Assembly: GCA_008632985.1 (NCBI GenBank)
Contig: QPGO01000230.1
Coordinates: forward strand, 62,001 to 106,086
Direction: 5' to 3'
Source of the DNA: Psammoneis japonica
Taxonomy: Eukaryota
Length of the DNA stretch: 44,086 nt
Position numbers and translations under genes: made by a program. Positions 13,100-24,517 of this stretch are shown here, one piece after another. The notes beneath the pieces are model-generated. The model searched no databases, was not told where the DNA came from, and was given only the letters and a program-made list of their open reading frames with translations. The first letter of the stretch is position 1. Every line of letters begins with the position of its first letter.

Positions 13100-16031
13100 C
13101 ACACCACCAAAACATCCAGCAACAGAGCAAGTGCTGCAAAACGTGGAGTGCTTTGCCTTCTTCATGCCATCTTTGAGTCTTGGCTTTGCTGTGGCAATCC
13201 AGCTGAACATCCTGGAAGCAGTGCAGGCCAAATGATCCTCAATGAAATCCATCAGAACCTCCCTGTCCTTGGCCAAGGCAGCAGCCAGTTCAGCTTCAGC
13301 CTGCAAGCATTGTGCAGATTTGCAGGTGTCTGCATCATGTCCATGCACCACCTGATTGTGAGCCTCCCACAATTCCCATCATGATCTCCAAATGCATGAT
13401 CCAATTTGCACTGCCCACACCAGAGTGTGTCCATTTTCGCTGTGCTAAAAGTCCCAACTCTCTGAGATGCATCTCTTGAAAAGTGTTCCACAGCTTGGAG
13501 CATTGGCTGTTGAACACTTGGCACCATCCAACATCCATCTGTTCTCTCCATGAATGCAAAACATTGGAGTGACATTGGCTGCATGCACCATTGAGTCTTG
13601 AAACCATGCTTCTAAAGAGGACAGAAGAAAATCATGCAGTGGAGGCATTGTGCCAATTGACACAGTGTCTCTGGAGGCCTTGTGAGAGTTTCCATTTCCA
13701 AGCTTTGTTGTCTGGGCATCTGAGAATGTGGTCACACGATCTTCCACAGGGTCTTTGCAAGCAAGGCAATGACGGGGGTGCACCGGGTTGCATCTGTTGG
13801 TGATTTCAGCAGAAGCTTCTTGTGAACCAAGTTGACCACAGAAACATGTTGCTTTGAAAATCTGCAGACCAGGGTGGCAAGAAAAGACCATTTGATCTTG
13901 TCCACAATTCATTCATTCCATTCACATGTGTGATTGAGCAGAGCTGGAGCTGTGGCTGCACACCAAACAATGGACTTGCAACCTGCTGTTGCTGTGTCAT
14001 CTGAAAGACCAAGACAATGCTGGCAATGAGGGAGCAGGGGAATCATCTCAGTGTGAGAAGAGGACTGACCCTGACACCAGCCTGCCAGTTTGTCTGCCCA
14101 CACATTGACTCTTCCACCAAAAAGAAGGGATGCCAGTGGTGCCTGTTGATCTGGATGTCCTTTGACCCACTCCATGGTTGGCGCCCATCCAGGAGCATCT
14201 GCCAACTGGTGCGTTGTCAATTGCAAGGGAAGACTGGCAAATCTTGTTGATCATGATGTTGGCGCTGTGCTGTCAGAGATTGAAATCTGTCTCTGGTGCT
14301 GGAGAATTTTGCAGGTTCAGTGGCAGGGCAAGATCCTGACAAGTGGAGGAGAACTCTGACTGAAGCCTTGTTGTCACACCAGTTCTCCATTCCAGCAGCA
14401 CAGTGGGAAACCTTGCAAAATTCCAGAAGCCTTCACATGAAATGCAAGAGAAAAAGCACTCTGTGCACCTCAGCATGGCAGGAAGAAGGCATCCATCCAA
14501 AAACTGGTCTGGCACAATCAACCAGGGGTCTGCTGTTGGTCGTGACAGTCCAACCAAATGTTGCGCTTTGCTGAAACACAGAACCATTGCTTCCTGCCAC
14601 AGCTCTGCCAGCAACCAAGCAGTTGGTGAGTTCACAAAGGGACACACAGAGTTCCAGGTCCAAGAACAGGGTGGATTCCCAATCAGGAAGTGCCTTTGGG
14701 CAATCCTGAAAGAAGCCAGGGACAGGCATCAGAGTGTCCAACTGAAGATGCAACCCATGGGGCAGGAACTGCCAATGGCTGTCCTGCACAGAAGTGATCT
14801 CAATGGGGAAGGATGCCTCTCTGAAGGGGCTGGAACCATTTTGATCTCTTGCATGGAAGTTGTCACCTTGTTTTGAACCAAGAAAACACAAAACCAGAAG
14901 GAGAGCCAACACACAGACGTGATTCTTCAGGAGAGAAACACGCCAAAGCCTGTGCTCACATTTTGGATGGAGGCACCAACCAGTTGCCAAGAGAGGCGCA
15001 CCACAACTGTGTGGATTCTGGATGACACAAGAGCTCACACAGTCAGATCCACAAAATTTGAGCGCAATGGCAAGGGTGTTTTTTCAACGTCATTGAGAGT
15101 GCTGACACTGCTGAGAGAGGTTGGATCTTTGCACATCTTGGATTTGTCTAATTTCAGCCCATTGGCCAAAACAATGTCTGACACATGAGGACCTTGAGTT
15201 GCAACTGGCAACAATTGATCCATTTCATCTGCAAGGAAGAGAAGATCACTGATTTGAGGGCAACGTCCATTGGGCATTGATTGTTGTCATGCTGGAGGGG
15301 CAGAACACCATGGCTTGACAGCTGAAAGTTCCTGCCCATGCAATGCAAATGGGAGTACACGGATGCAAACCACAAGGACTCATTCCCAGTTGCATCTGAG
15401 TCCATGCCACAGCAGTGTGCACAGAGCTTTGCATCAAGCAATTGTTGGAGTTGACCAACTCTCTGCTCCACATCAAGGGACCAAAAGCCCCTGCCTCCAA
15501 GAGACTGAGGGCCACACAAGATGAGGTGCTTTGTGTTTCTGTTGCAACCACATTTCACAAAAATCACACGCATTGCTCTTTGTTGCATCTTTGACAAAGC
15601 TTTGCACTGGAAATGAGAGTTGGCCAACACAAAGGCAACTGACTGCAGATTGCATGCATGACAGTGTTGCCACAATTCAGAATGGTTGAGTGGCACAGAG
15701 CATGTGAACAAAGCCCTGCTGTCTCTTTTGGTTTTCAACACTTGAAGCTGCTTTTTCAGCCCACCCGCTGGAGACATGTGAAGAACAAGAGTTTTGCAGG
15801 GGGCACAGTTGAGTGCTGTGCCTGGAAGAGGAGAGGTCAGCTGACAACATTTCAACATCCATGTCTGGGCTGTGTGGACAAAGACTTGGTTTGCCATGCT
15901 TAGAGAACTCCCACTCTGTTGCATGAAAGGAGCACTTGGGCAGTTCCAGCTCATGCCCACTTGCATGGAGCAGATCACACCACAATTGGTTGTTGTGCTG
16001 CAGCCTCAACACCAATTTGTCAGTGGAAGGT
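13100..16031 (-). mobile_element. Decayed, 5'-truncated non-LTR retrotransposon (RT C-terminal part, RNase H, C-terminal domain)
   Basis: LQHNNQLWCDLLHASGHELELPKCSFH, NRNTKHLILCGPQSLGGRGF, RNase H end WVKGHPD..GRVNVWADKLA, and C-terminal WEAHNQVVHG..FSWIATAKPRL. Fragments are colinear with frameshifts. Confidence 0.8.
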
Positions 16032-16676
16032 TGAGGCAGTGCTCAGAAATTGTTGACTTGCTTGGACGTGGGGTCACAGCACCAGAGTCCACTCAAGTTT
16101 TGCACACACAGACAGCAAAACTTGCAGGCAACAACAACTGCCCCTTGCTCACATGACTGCGTTGACTGCACAACACCCACTTTTTCACTTGGCTCTAGAT
16201 TGCCCCAATCTTGAACTGCACAACTCCAGATTGTTGCACTCCAGAGCAATTTGGCCAACTGCTCAATTGTGGGTTGCAGTGGCTGCTTTTAGCTCAGCGC
16301 ACAGTGCAGCTGCCAAGAATGGAAGAAACCTTTCCATTGTGACCAATGAAACATGAGGCAATGCTCAGAAATTGTTGACTTGCTTGGACGTGGGGTCACA
16401 GCACCAGAGTCCACTCAAGTTTTGCACACACAGACAGCAAAACTTGCAGGCAACAACAACTGCCCCTTGCTCACATGACTGCGTTGACTGCACAACACCC
16501 ACTTTTTCACTTGGTTCTAGATTGCCCCAATCTTGAACTGCACAACTCCAGATTGTTGCACTCCAGAGCAATTTGGCCAACTGCTCAATTGTGGGTTGCA
16601 GTGGCTGCTTTTAGCTCAGTGCACAGTGCAGCTGGCCAAGAATGGAAGAAACCTTTCCATTGTGACCAATGAAACA
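16032..16676. repeat. Near-perfect tandem duplication of about 322 bp
   Basis: 16032-16353 and 16354-16676 differ at about 4 positions; the 71-aa ORFs at 16043 and 16365 are identical. Confidence 0.95.
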
Positions 16677-16949
16677 TCTTCTGTGTTGACAAAAATGACT
16701 TTTTGTTTGAAGAAAGTCCCGCCAGAGTCACATGTTAAATCTGGAAATTTCATGCACGCAAGGGTTGGCCTCCAGTTCAATGTGTCAGTCCTGTGTCCTG
16801 ACCGTGCAGCAAAAAAGTGCAGCACCAAAGATCAAAGCTTGGACATGAACAAATTGACCAGATGCAGGTGTGTGTCTTGCTTTTCCTGCTGCTTTTGTGA
16901 TGCATGGCATGGATGTCTGCTTTCAATGAAAGGGTGGTGAAATTGTTGG

Positions 16950-18379
16950 GCCACTCTGCCAAATTTTTTCAATGCACCTGTTGTGCAAGCATGTGATCAG
17001 CTCTCAGTTCAATGCCAGCAAAGTCTTGACCATGCAATCAACAAGCCTGGGATCAAAGGTTGCAGCACATGCACAAATCAACCAGCTTCCACCAATGGGC
17101 AATGTTTTTTCCTGCTTTCCATGGCAGATTTCATCAGATTGGGTTGTTGGTGGAGCAATGAGCACATCAAAGTTGCACCCATTTCTTCCTTCTTTTCAAA
17201 GGGTGCAGAGTGCATCAAGGATGCCCTCAATTTTGCAGCATTGACACTCTTTTTCCAACAAATGCAGAAAGGGACTGGAGTGAAAGGTGTTGCATGGCAA
17301 GAGGTCCTGCTTGACATGGGTCTCCAGCAAGAGACAAGTGCAGGCTTGGTGGCCTTTTTCAATGGAGCAGTCCAAATGCATCTGCCCCTCCTTGTTTTTG
17401 GAGTGCAGCAAAGCACCACACTCCAAGAGGAATTTGGCCACACACACCTCCAAAACTCACAACATGCAGTGCTGTGTTCTTTCAGTGGTGCATTGTTCCA
17501 GGTTGGTGTTGTTTTCCAGAAGCATGCAAGCAAGGCTGATGTTTCCTCCTCCCAAGCATGCAAGCAGCAAAGGTGTCCACCCCTTGTTGTCTGAAGCATT
17601 CACATCGGCACCCAGCTCAACCAGCAAAAAATGTGTCATGCTTTCCTGATTGTGTTCACAGGTGCAAAGCAATGGTGTCTGCATGTGCACTCATCTCTGG
17701 CTTCCAAATCAGCGCCATTGGCAGTGAACAAGAGCCGTGACAACATCATGAACAGAATCAACCATGCAACAACATTCAAGTTGCAGAGGCGCAAGACCAT
17801 CCCCATTTGTTGCATTGTTGACATCAGCTCTGTGCTCAACTGACAAGCTTGTGAGGAGTGCAGGATGGCCCTTGCTGCGTGCAACAAACAGTGGCATTTC
17901 TGCAGAATTCAAGTTGTCAATGGCATCCACCCATGCACTGCATGACATGAGCAACTGTGTGATTGCTTCAGATCCAATGTGGCAAGATGAATGAAGAGAG
18001 GGCAAGCTCACATTGTTTCTTGGCTCCACAATGATTGCACCATGGTCCAAGAGCATCTGAACCATTTTGGTGCTTCCAGCAGCCACAGCATGAAAGAGTG
18101 GTGCACACAGCCAGAAAACAGCACAATGTGGGTTCACAATGTCTTCCCCAGAACTGTTCAGCAAGTGTTGAACTTTCTCCAAAGCCTCATTTTCTGTTGT
18201 TCCACAGAGGTCTTCCATTGCAGGCAGTGGAGTTTATGAGTCAGAGGAGAAGGCACACAAGGCACTCTTGCGGCAGCGGAAGAAGTCAACACATGTGGAG
18301 AGTCAAAGTCCCTCCAGTCTGGCTCAGGTGGAGGAGTCATTTCCAAGTTTGCATTTGTGACAACATTTGTGCCCGGCAA
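16950..18379 (-). pseudogene. Ankyrin-repeat protein pseudogene
   Basis: APLFHAVAAGSTKMVQMLLDHGA, LLVELGADVNASDNKGWTPLLLAC and KFLLECGALLHSKNKEGQMHL lie in shifted frames. The 3' boundary is uncertain. Confidence 0.85.
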
Positions 18380-18770
18380 AAGTCAGTCAATCACACTTCA
18401 ATTGCATGTCACATGTCACTCAGAAGCAGTTGCCCATCATGTCTTTGCAGTCAGGAACAAGCAATCGTCCAGAACAACAAGTGACAAGTGCCAGATCAGT
18501 GACCCCTGTGCTGTGCCACAAGTGTGACTCACTCCAACAACCCATCTGCCCAGCTGAGCCAACAAATTGCTTTTCCATGCTCAATCTTGCTGTGGGATCT
18601 GCAATGGACACAGCCCTTCAAGCAGCTTGCAGCAAATCATCTTTCCGTTAAAAGGTCAGCTGGGCCATTCATCAATGTCTGTGCTGCAGCAGCAAAAATG
18701 TTGACAAATGACTGATTTGTTGTCAAAATTGCTGCAACCATCAACCAACTCTCGCTCACGTGTTTTGTTC

Positions 18771-18850
18771 CAATTGTCCTCAATTGTCCTCAGTTGTCTT
18801 CAAATGACCTCAGCAGTCCTCAACTGTCCTCAAATGTCCTCAGTTGTCCT
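18771..18850. repeat. 10-bp minisatellite, consensus CAATTGTCCT, 8 copies
   Basis: caattgtcct caattgtcct cagttgtctt caaatgacct cagcagtcct caactgtcct caaatgtcct cagttgtcct. Confidence 0.9.
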
Positions 18851-20727
18851 CAGGCTGTCATCATGACATTTTTGTTCAAAGGGTTGGTGACAAAGGCATC
18901 AAACAAAAAATTGTCCAATTGCTGTCGCCAAACAATTTTCTTCCTGTCGCCAACTTGTGTGTGGATTGGTCATTTTCTTTTTAATTGCAACGTGCAAATT
19001 GCACATTTTTGTGACAATGTTTGGCAATTTGAAGACATTTTGGTTTGGTGGCTGCATTTCGATTGTGCTTGTTTGTCTGAACAATGGACTGAATGCCCTG
19101 GATTCCAGTGTGGAGCTGAGGGCAGATTTTTTTTTGCACAAACCCTTTCAGCCAGCAAAACTGCAGCATGCTGCAGTGCTTGGTGCAAAGTTGTGTGTGC
19201 ACTTCACCATGTTAAAAAAAATGGAAACCATGGTGAAAGCATGAAGGAAAGAGGCACTCCATTTCCTGCTCTGTTTGACACTGGGGTGCATCTTGACTGC
19301 ACAAACTGATTGAATGGACACACTTGACAACATCTTCTGCTGAAAGAATCTGCTCAATGAGTTGTTCAAAGCCTCATGAAGTGTTCCCAGTTAATTGCTG
19401 GCAATTTGTGCAGCAACTGGTGAGCGATTCACTGCACTTTGCCACAGTGAAACAAGGGCTGTCTCAAAAATTTTTGATTTGACACATCTGGCAGTGAAAG
19501 CTTCAAGCTGCACAACCTTTGCATGTGTTGAGCAACAGTTGTGTGATGTTGAACCACTGGCATTGCTCATCTGGACGTTCTCCACCCCCCTCACACTTTT
19601 GGCCCATTCCAGCTCCAGGTGATGCACACAGCAGGTTGGATTCCCATTTTTGCATTTGGTGGTGGCACAATGAATTCCTTCAAAATCGGGATTTTGCCAA
19701 AATGAAGGGTGAGTGCACACCAGAAAAAAATTGGCCTGTCATGTGATGGATTTCTCATCACCTGGGGCTGGAACAGGCCTTTTCACTGTGCTTTCACTGC
19801 ATGATTTTGATTTGCAGCACGGCAAAGTGTTGATGTAGAACTCCAGTGTTTTGTGTGCTGCGTGCTGTTGGTTTGGCCTTGTTCTGAAAACTGAAAGGTT
19901 CGTTTGTTAAAACGAAGCCGTGACATCATCACTTGTCTCGTCCTCAAACATTTTTTTTGATCTTTTTAACCAAACTTGTCTCTCTCTCTCTCATTTGAAA
20001 ATGCCCATGAGATGTGCAATGTGCAACACAGACCGGTCACAGTGCTGTGGGTTGGGCATTGTCATCAACACCCACAGCTGACAACAGAATTCGATGTCCA
20101 TTTGACAATCTAAAGTGTCATTAAAACTGTGACAAATTGATGGAACGAGATGTGAGAATCATTTCAAAAGTCACTCTTGCAGCATGCATGCAGACAAAAG
20201 GTTGTTTTTGTCACAACCTTTGTGACTTTTAACGTCGCCATGACACATTGGCTCTTACAAGCAGCTGTGTGTTGCACTCTTGTTTGGAAGAGCCGTGCAA
20301 AAAACACAAGGAATGACTCAATGCTTCATTTGCATCAACTGCAATGGTGTTTCAGCACATGATGAACAATCTGCCCTCATTGCACAGCAATGAGAATGCT
20401 TTCTTTCTCTCCCACAGCACCTGTGTTGTGGTCACATGCACTCCATCCCCACTGACGAATGAACAGATGTCAAGCAGAAACTTTGCTGGTTCAACGCAAC
20501 TCAAAGCCAAGTGTCATGGTTGCAATGCTTGTCTCAAAGCAAGCGGTTTGCATCACACACAAAAATGCAAATGACACTCTCACTGTGATGCATTGACAGC
20601 AAAAGGAGGCAAGTGACAGGGGCAGTCATTGCCGTTGGTCTGTGAGGTGTCAATGCCTCGCTTTTGACTTTGGCTGACAATGTTTGCACTCTGCTCTTTT
20701 CTCTGTTTTGCATTCTGAGCAGAAAGA

Positions 20728-23245
20728 ATGTTCAACAACAAGAAGAATGACTCAGACAGCTCCACTGGTTCTTGGGCAAAGTTTTCCAGCAGCACCAAAT
20801 CGCACACTGCCAGCACTGGCAACAACCGAGAAGAATGTGCAGCATCTGTGCCAGACCCTCCCACTTCTTCCATGCAAGAACCTTGTGCCACCGAAGAAAA
20901 AAAGTGGAAGAAGAACATCAAGAAGGCATTTCCCTTGATCAAGAGGAGGGCTGCTGCAAGGACATCTCCTCCATGTGGTGGGGAACAGGAAGCCACCACC
21001 GCCAACGCAGCTGCGCGTGTTGATGAACAGTGTGCTGATCCTGAAGACTTTTGCATGCCTGGAGCAGACCCAGATGTGGAATCCCTGGATGATGGTGCTG
21101 ATCACTCACCCGGGGTGCACGCCATTCCTGGACCTTATGGTGATGCCACAAGCCATGGATTTTCTGCAAAGGAAGTTTCCATGATGCCATGAGCTGTCGG
21201 GGGCGTTCACCAAGGGCAGGACTTTTCGACCAATCTCGCATCGGCCCATTTGGTGGACACAGAAGAAGAGGCGCACCGGACACAGCAACTTGAAGAGCAG
21301 AGCCGCATCTTGCAGGAGCACGAAGAGAATGTTGCGATTGCAAAAGTTGTTGGCAAGGGCGAAATCCTCAAGAAGTTCTTCAACCTGCGCGATCCCGAGT
21401 TTTGACACCAACAACTTTTCTGCATTGGCGTTCTTGGGCTTGTGGCTGCTGCCATTGCTCTTTCTGTCATTCTCACCCGTGACGACAACCCTGCTGGACT
21501 CGTCCCAGCTGGCACGCCGCCTCCGACTCCAGAGCCCACCACTCCAATCCACAAAGAGTTGAGTGAGCGTCTCTCTCACCTTTCTTTCAACAACGGGGCT
21601 GCACTTTTCAACCAGTCAATGCCTCAGCATCAGGCAGTCAAGTGGCTCGCAAACAGCAGCAACATCTGTGACTACAAACAGATGCAGATCACCCAGCATT
21701 GTGCTTTGGCTGCACTTTGCTTCAGTGCCAACGGACAGAACTGGACGAATGACGATCTGTGGTTAGACGACGGTCCTGAATGTGGACAGTGGTGGCAGGC
21801 CAAGGGAGAGCAATGAATCTTCTGTGTGCAGATCAAGGTGAAGTTTCATCCATCGAGCTCGATGACAATGGTTGCAAAGGAACAACACCTCCGGAGCTTG
21901 TGTTTCTTTTGAATTTGATTGAACGAATCAGCTTTTTGGGGAACGCCATGACAGGCGCAATTCCTGCAGAGCTTGCACTGCTGAGTCTGGTGTTGAATCT
22001 AGATTTCGACAACAACAGATTGAGTGGCACCATCCCTTCCGAGCTTGGACTCCTGACAAATTTGCACTTTCTTGGAATGGTGCAGAATGAATTTATGCAG
22101 GCTCCATTCCAACACAATCATTTCTCTTGATGAATCTGTGCAAGTGTGATTGCTGCGTGTGTGATCTTCTTTTGTGCCAATTGTCCTGCTGATGCCTGGT
22201 TAACGTGCGTTTGAGCAGCGACACTGAGGCTCGGAAGCGGTCTACAAGGCACAATCTCGGCTGATGCAAGCACCCTTTCCAGATGAGAAAGTTTCAACAG
22301 AGGTCACATTGGAGTCATGAAGGTCACTGTTGAGGTGTTGTTCTGTTTCTAACTCTACATGATGACTCATCTTCGTTTCTGATCCGACCAGCCAAATTGG
22401 ACACACACGAGAATAAATTCTCTGGAGCTGTCCCAACCACCATCGGTCTCTTGGCACACTTGACCGACCTTTCGATTTGGTCAAATCAACTGTCTGGAAC
22501 GATCCCATCCACCTTGGGTCTTTTGAACACTTCAGGCAACAGCAGATTTTTTGAATCCTCTGTCAAGCCAATGTCTGCAAGAATCAGCGACTTGGCAATC
22601 ATTCACTTGTTTCTCTTCCTCGAGCACAGTTCATCTGTCCCTTGGCGGCAATCATCTGGTTGGGAACATTCCAAGTGAGATTCAGAATTTGGCAAACTTG
22701 AAAAAGCTGTGGTCACATCACAATCATCTTTCTGGGACAACTCCGTCTGCCATCGGCCTCCATTCTAACTTGGGTGAGTTTTCGCTGTCAGTTTTCCGTG
22801 GTTTGTCACTTTTTAACATGCTTCTCATGGCTGCATTCTTTCACTTCATCTTGTACAGAGGAGCTCAAAATAAATTGAAACAACTTTGCAAGTTCCATTC
22901 CGAGTGACTTTGGCGCCCTGTTGAACATCAAGCTTTTTCTCCTCGGAGCAAACCTTCTCAATCGAACCATCCCTTCGGAACTTGGTCTCCTGACTAACGC
23001 CCAAAGGTTTTCCCTGAATCGAAACTCACTCACTGGCCCTGTCCCAAACAAAATTGGAGAGCTGACGAATTTAACACATCTTTCTCTCTTCAAGAATGAG
23101 TTGACTGGTGCCATTGCACCTGGCATTTACAACATGACCAGCCTTGGAACTCTGTGACCTGACCGGTCCATTCACCTGCCCCGAGGATGTTGAGAGCTGC
23201 AAAATCTCTTGTGAATCCGTTGACGAAGCTTGCCGTGTTCTCTAC
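20728..23245 (+). pseudogene. Membrane-anchored leucine-rich-repeat receptor-like protein pseudogene with introns
   Basis: PGVHAIPG motif, then a hydrophobic segment near 21425-21480. N-cap QHCALAALCFSANGQNWTNDDLWL..EC (QRYALAALYF-type). Repeated plant-type LRRs such as NRLSGTIPSELGLLTNL. Frameshifts, stops and probable introns near 22100-22390, 22530-22625 and 22775-22860. Confidence 0.9.
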
Positions 23246-23981
23246 ATGCAGCTCGGAAGGGTGCGAAGAATTGCGTGTTTTGTGCTTGGTGTGACGAGTC
23301 TGGTGGGGTGCACCTGGGTGAGCTGTGCGGTGCGACATTTTCTGACAGTGCTGTGCCACAGGTGCAAAAGCCTCCGCTTTCGCGCAGCAAGAAGGGCACT
23401 TGGCAACTGCAGATTCTTTTCTTGCTGCACAGGATGATTTGTTTTGTGGAACACACACCTTTGTTGGTTCCTCCTCTTTTAGGTGGAACTCTCTAGATCG
23501 AAGTCTGAAACCGAAAGATTTTGGATTGCCGCCCTCGCTGCTGTCAGAAAATGGAGCCATGACGATTGCCTGCACCAATCATTTTGCTGCATTTTGCGCC
23601 GGGCGTTCGAATTAATTGCAACACATGACGGTCACTTCGGTGCGCACTTTTGCGCGACCCACGCGACATGACTAACGTGCGTCAGTGCGTGGTGCTGGTT
23701 GTTTTGCTTCTGACCGTTCTGTCTTCTGTGAGGTTTCATGAGGCTGTCTGTGCACATTGATGTTGTCTGGTTGTGCATGTTGATGTTGTCTAAGGCAAGC
23801 TGCATTGGATTAAGTGAATGTGGAAATGTACGAAATTTACGCATTGTTGCAGTTTCTTTGCCAAACAGTTGGTCCTCATTTGTGGCCATGCTCAATCCGC
23901 GGCGGCTTGAGTGAAAGTCCATGTGCATGCATTTTGCGTGTTGATGCGGTTGTCTTCACCAAACAGTTGTTTGCAACTTGC

Positions 23982-24383
23982 TCAATTCCATTCTTTCTGG
24001 CCATGCTTCTTCTGAAGGGACTTTGCTTGCTCCTTCTCCTGCTCCGCCATCTCCTCCTTGGTGAAAAATCTCCCCGACCGCTGTGGAATCGCCACTGCAC
24101 ATGCTGCCTTTAGCTCCTCCATGGTTGAATCATCCTTGGGCGCGACTGTTGTTTCCACATGATGACTGTCCACTGTCATGTTGTCTTGCACAAGTGCAGA
24201 AGTGACATCAAAATTTCCCGAAGTGAGGTCAAACGCCGCTCTTGCTTCTTCCAAGGTAATCTCCTCTTCGTCTTCCTTGTTCATCAATGACTGAAGAAGT
24301 TCCGCATGTGTCTGCACCTTTTTCTTGTCCTCACCAGTTTTCTTTGGCTCGTCTGCCTTCTTTGTTTGTTGTTGCAAATCCAT
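23982..24383 (-). CDS. Small charged hypothetical protein downstream of the helicase
   Basis: Open frame with natural E/K-rich composition (MDLQQQTKKADEPKK..EEEITLEEARAAF), same strand as the Rep-helicase. Confidence 0.4.
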   Translation of the reverse strand: MDLQQQTKKADEPKKTGEDKKKVQTHAELLQSLMNKEDEEEITLEEARAAFDLTSGNFDVTSALVQDNMTVDSHHVETTVAPKDDSTMEELKAACAVAIPQRSGRFFTKEEMAEQEKEQAKSLQKKHGQKEWN

Positions 24384-24517
24384 GTTTTCTCTGTTGCTAC
24401 ATTTTCTGTGACGGTTGCGTTCGCGTTTCTTGGTTTGTTGGTTAAAATCCATTCGACGTTGTGTGACGTATGTGTAGATTTCCATGCAATGTGCTGATCT
24501 AATCGAAATGTTTTGTT

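Noticed and set aside
23245..23700. Canonical Helitron 3' end (hairpin plus CTRR)
   Set aside because: A CTAG near 23493 and weak palindromes near 23640 exist, but none has a convincing hairpin at the right spacing.
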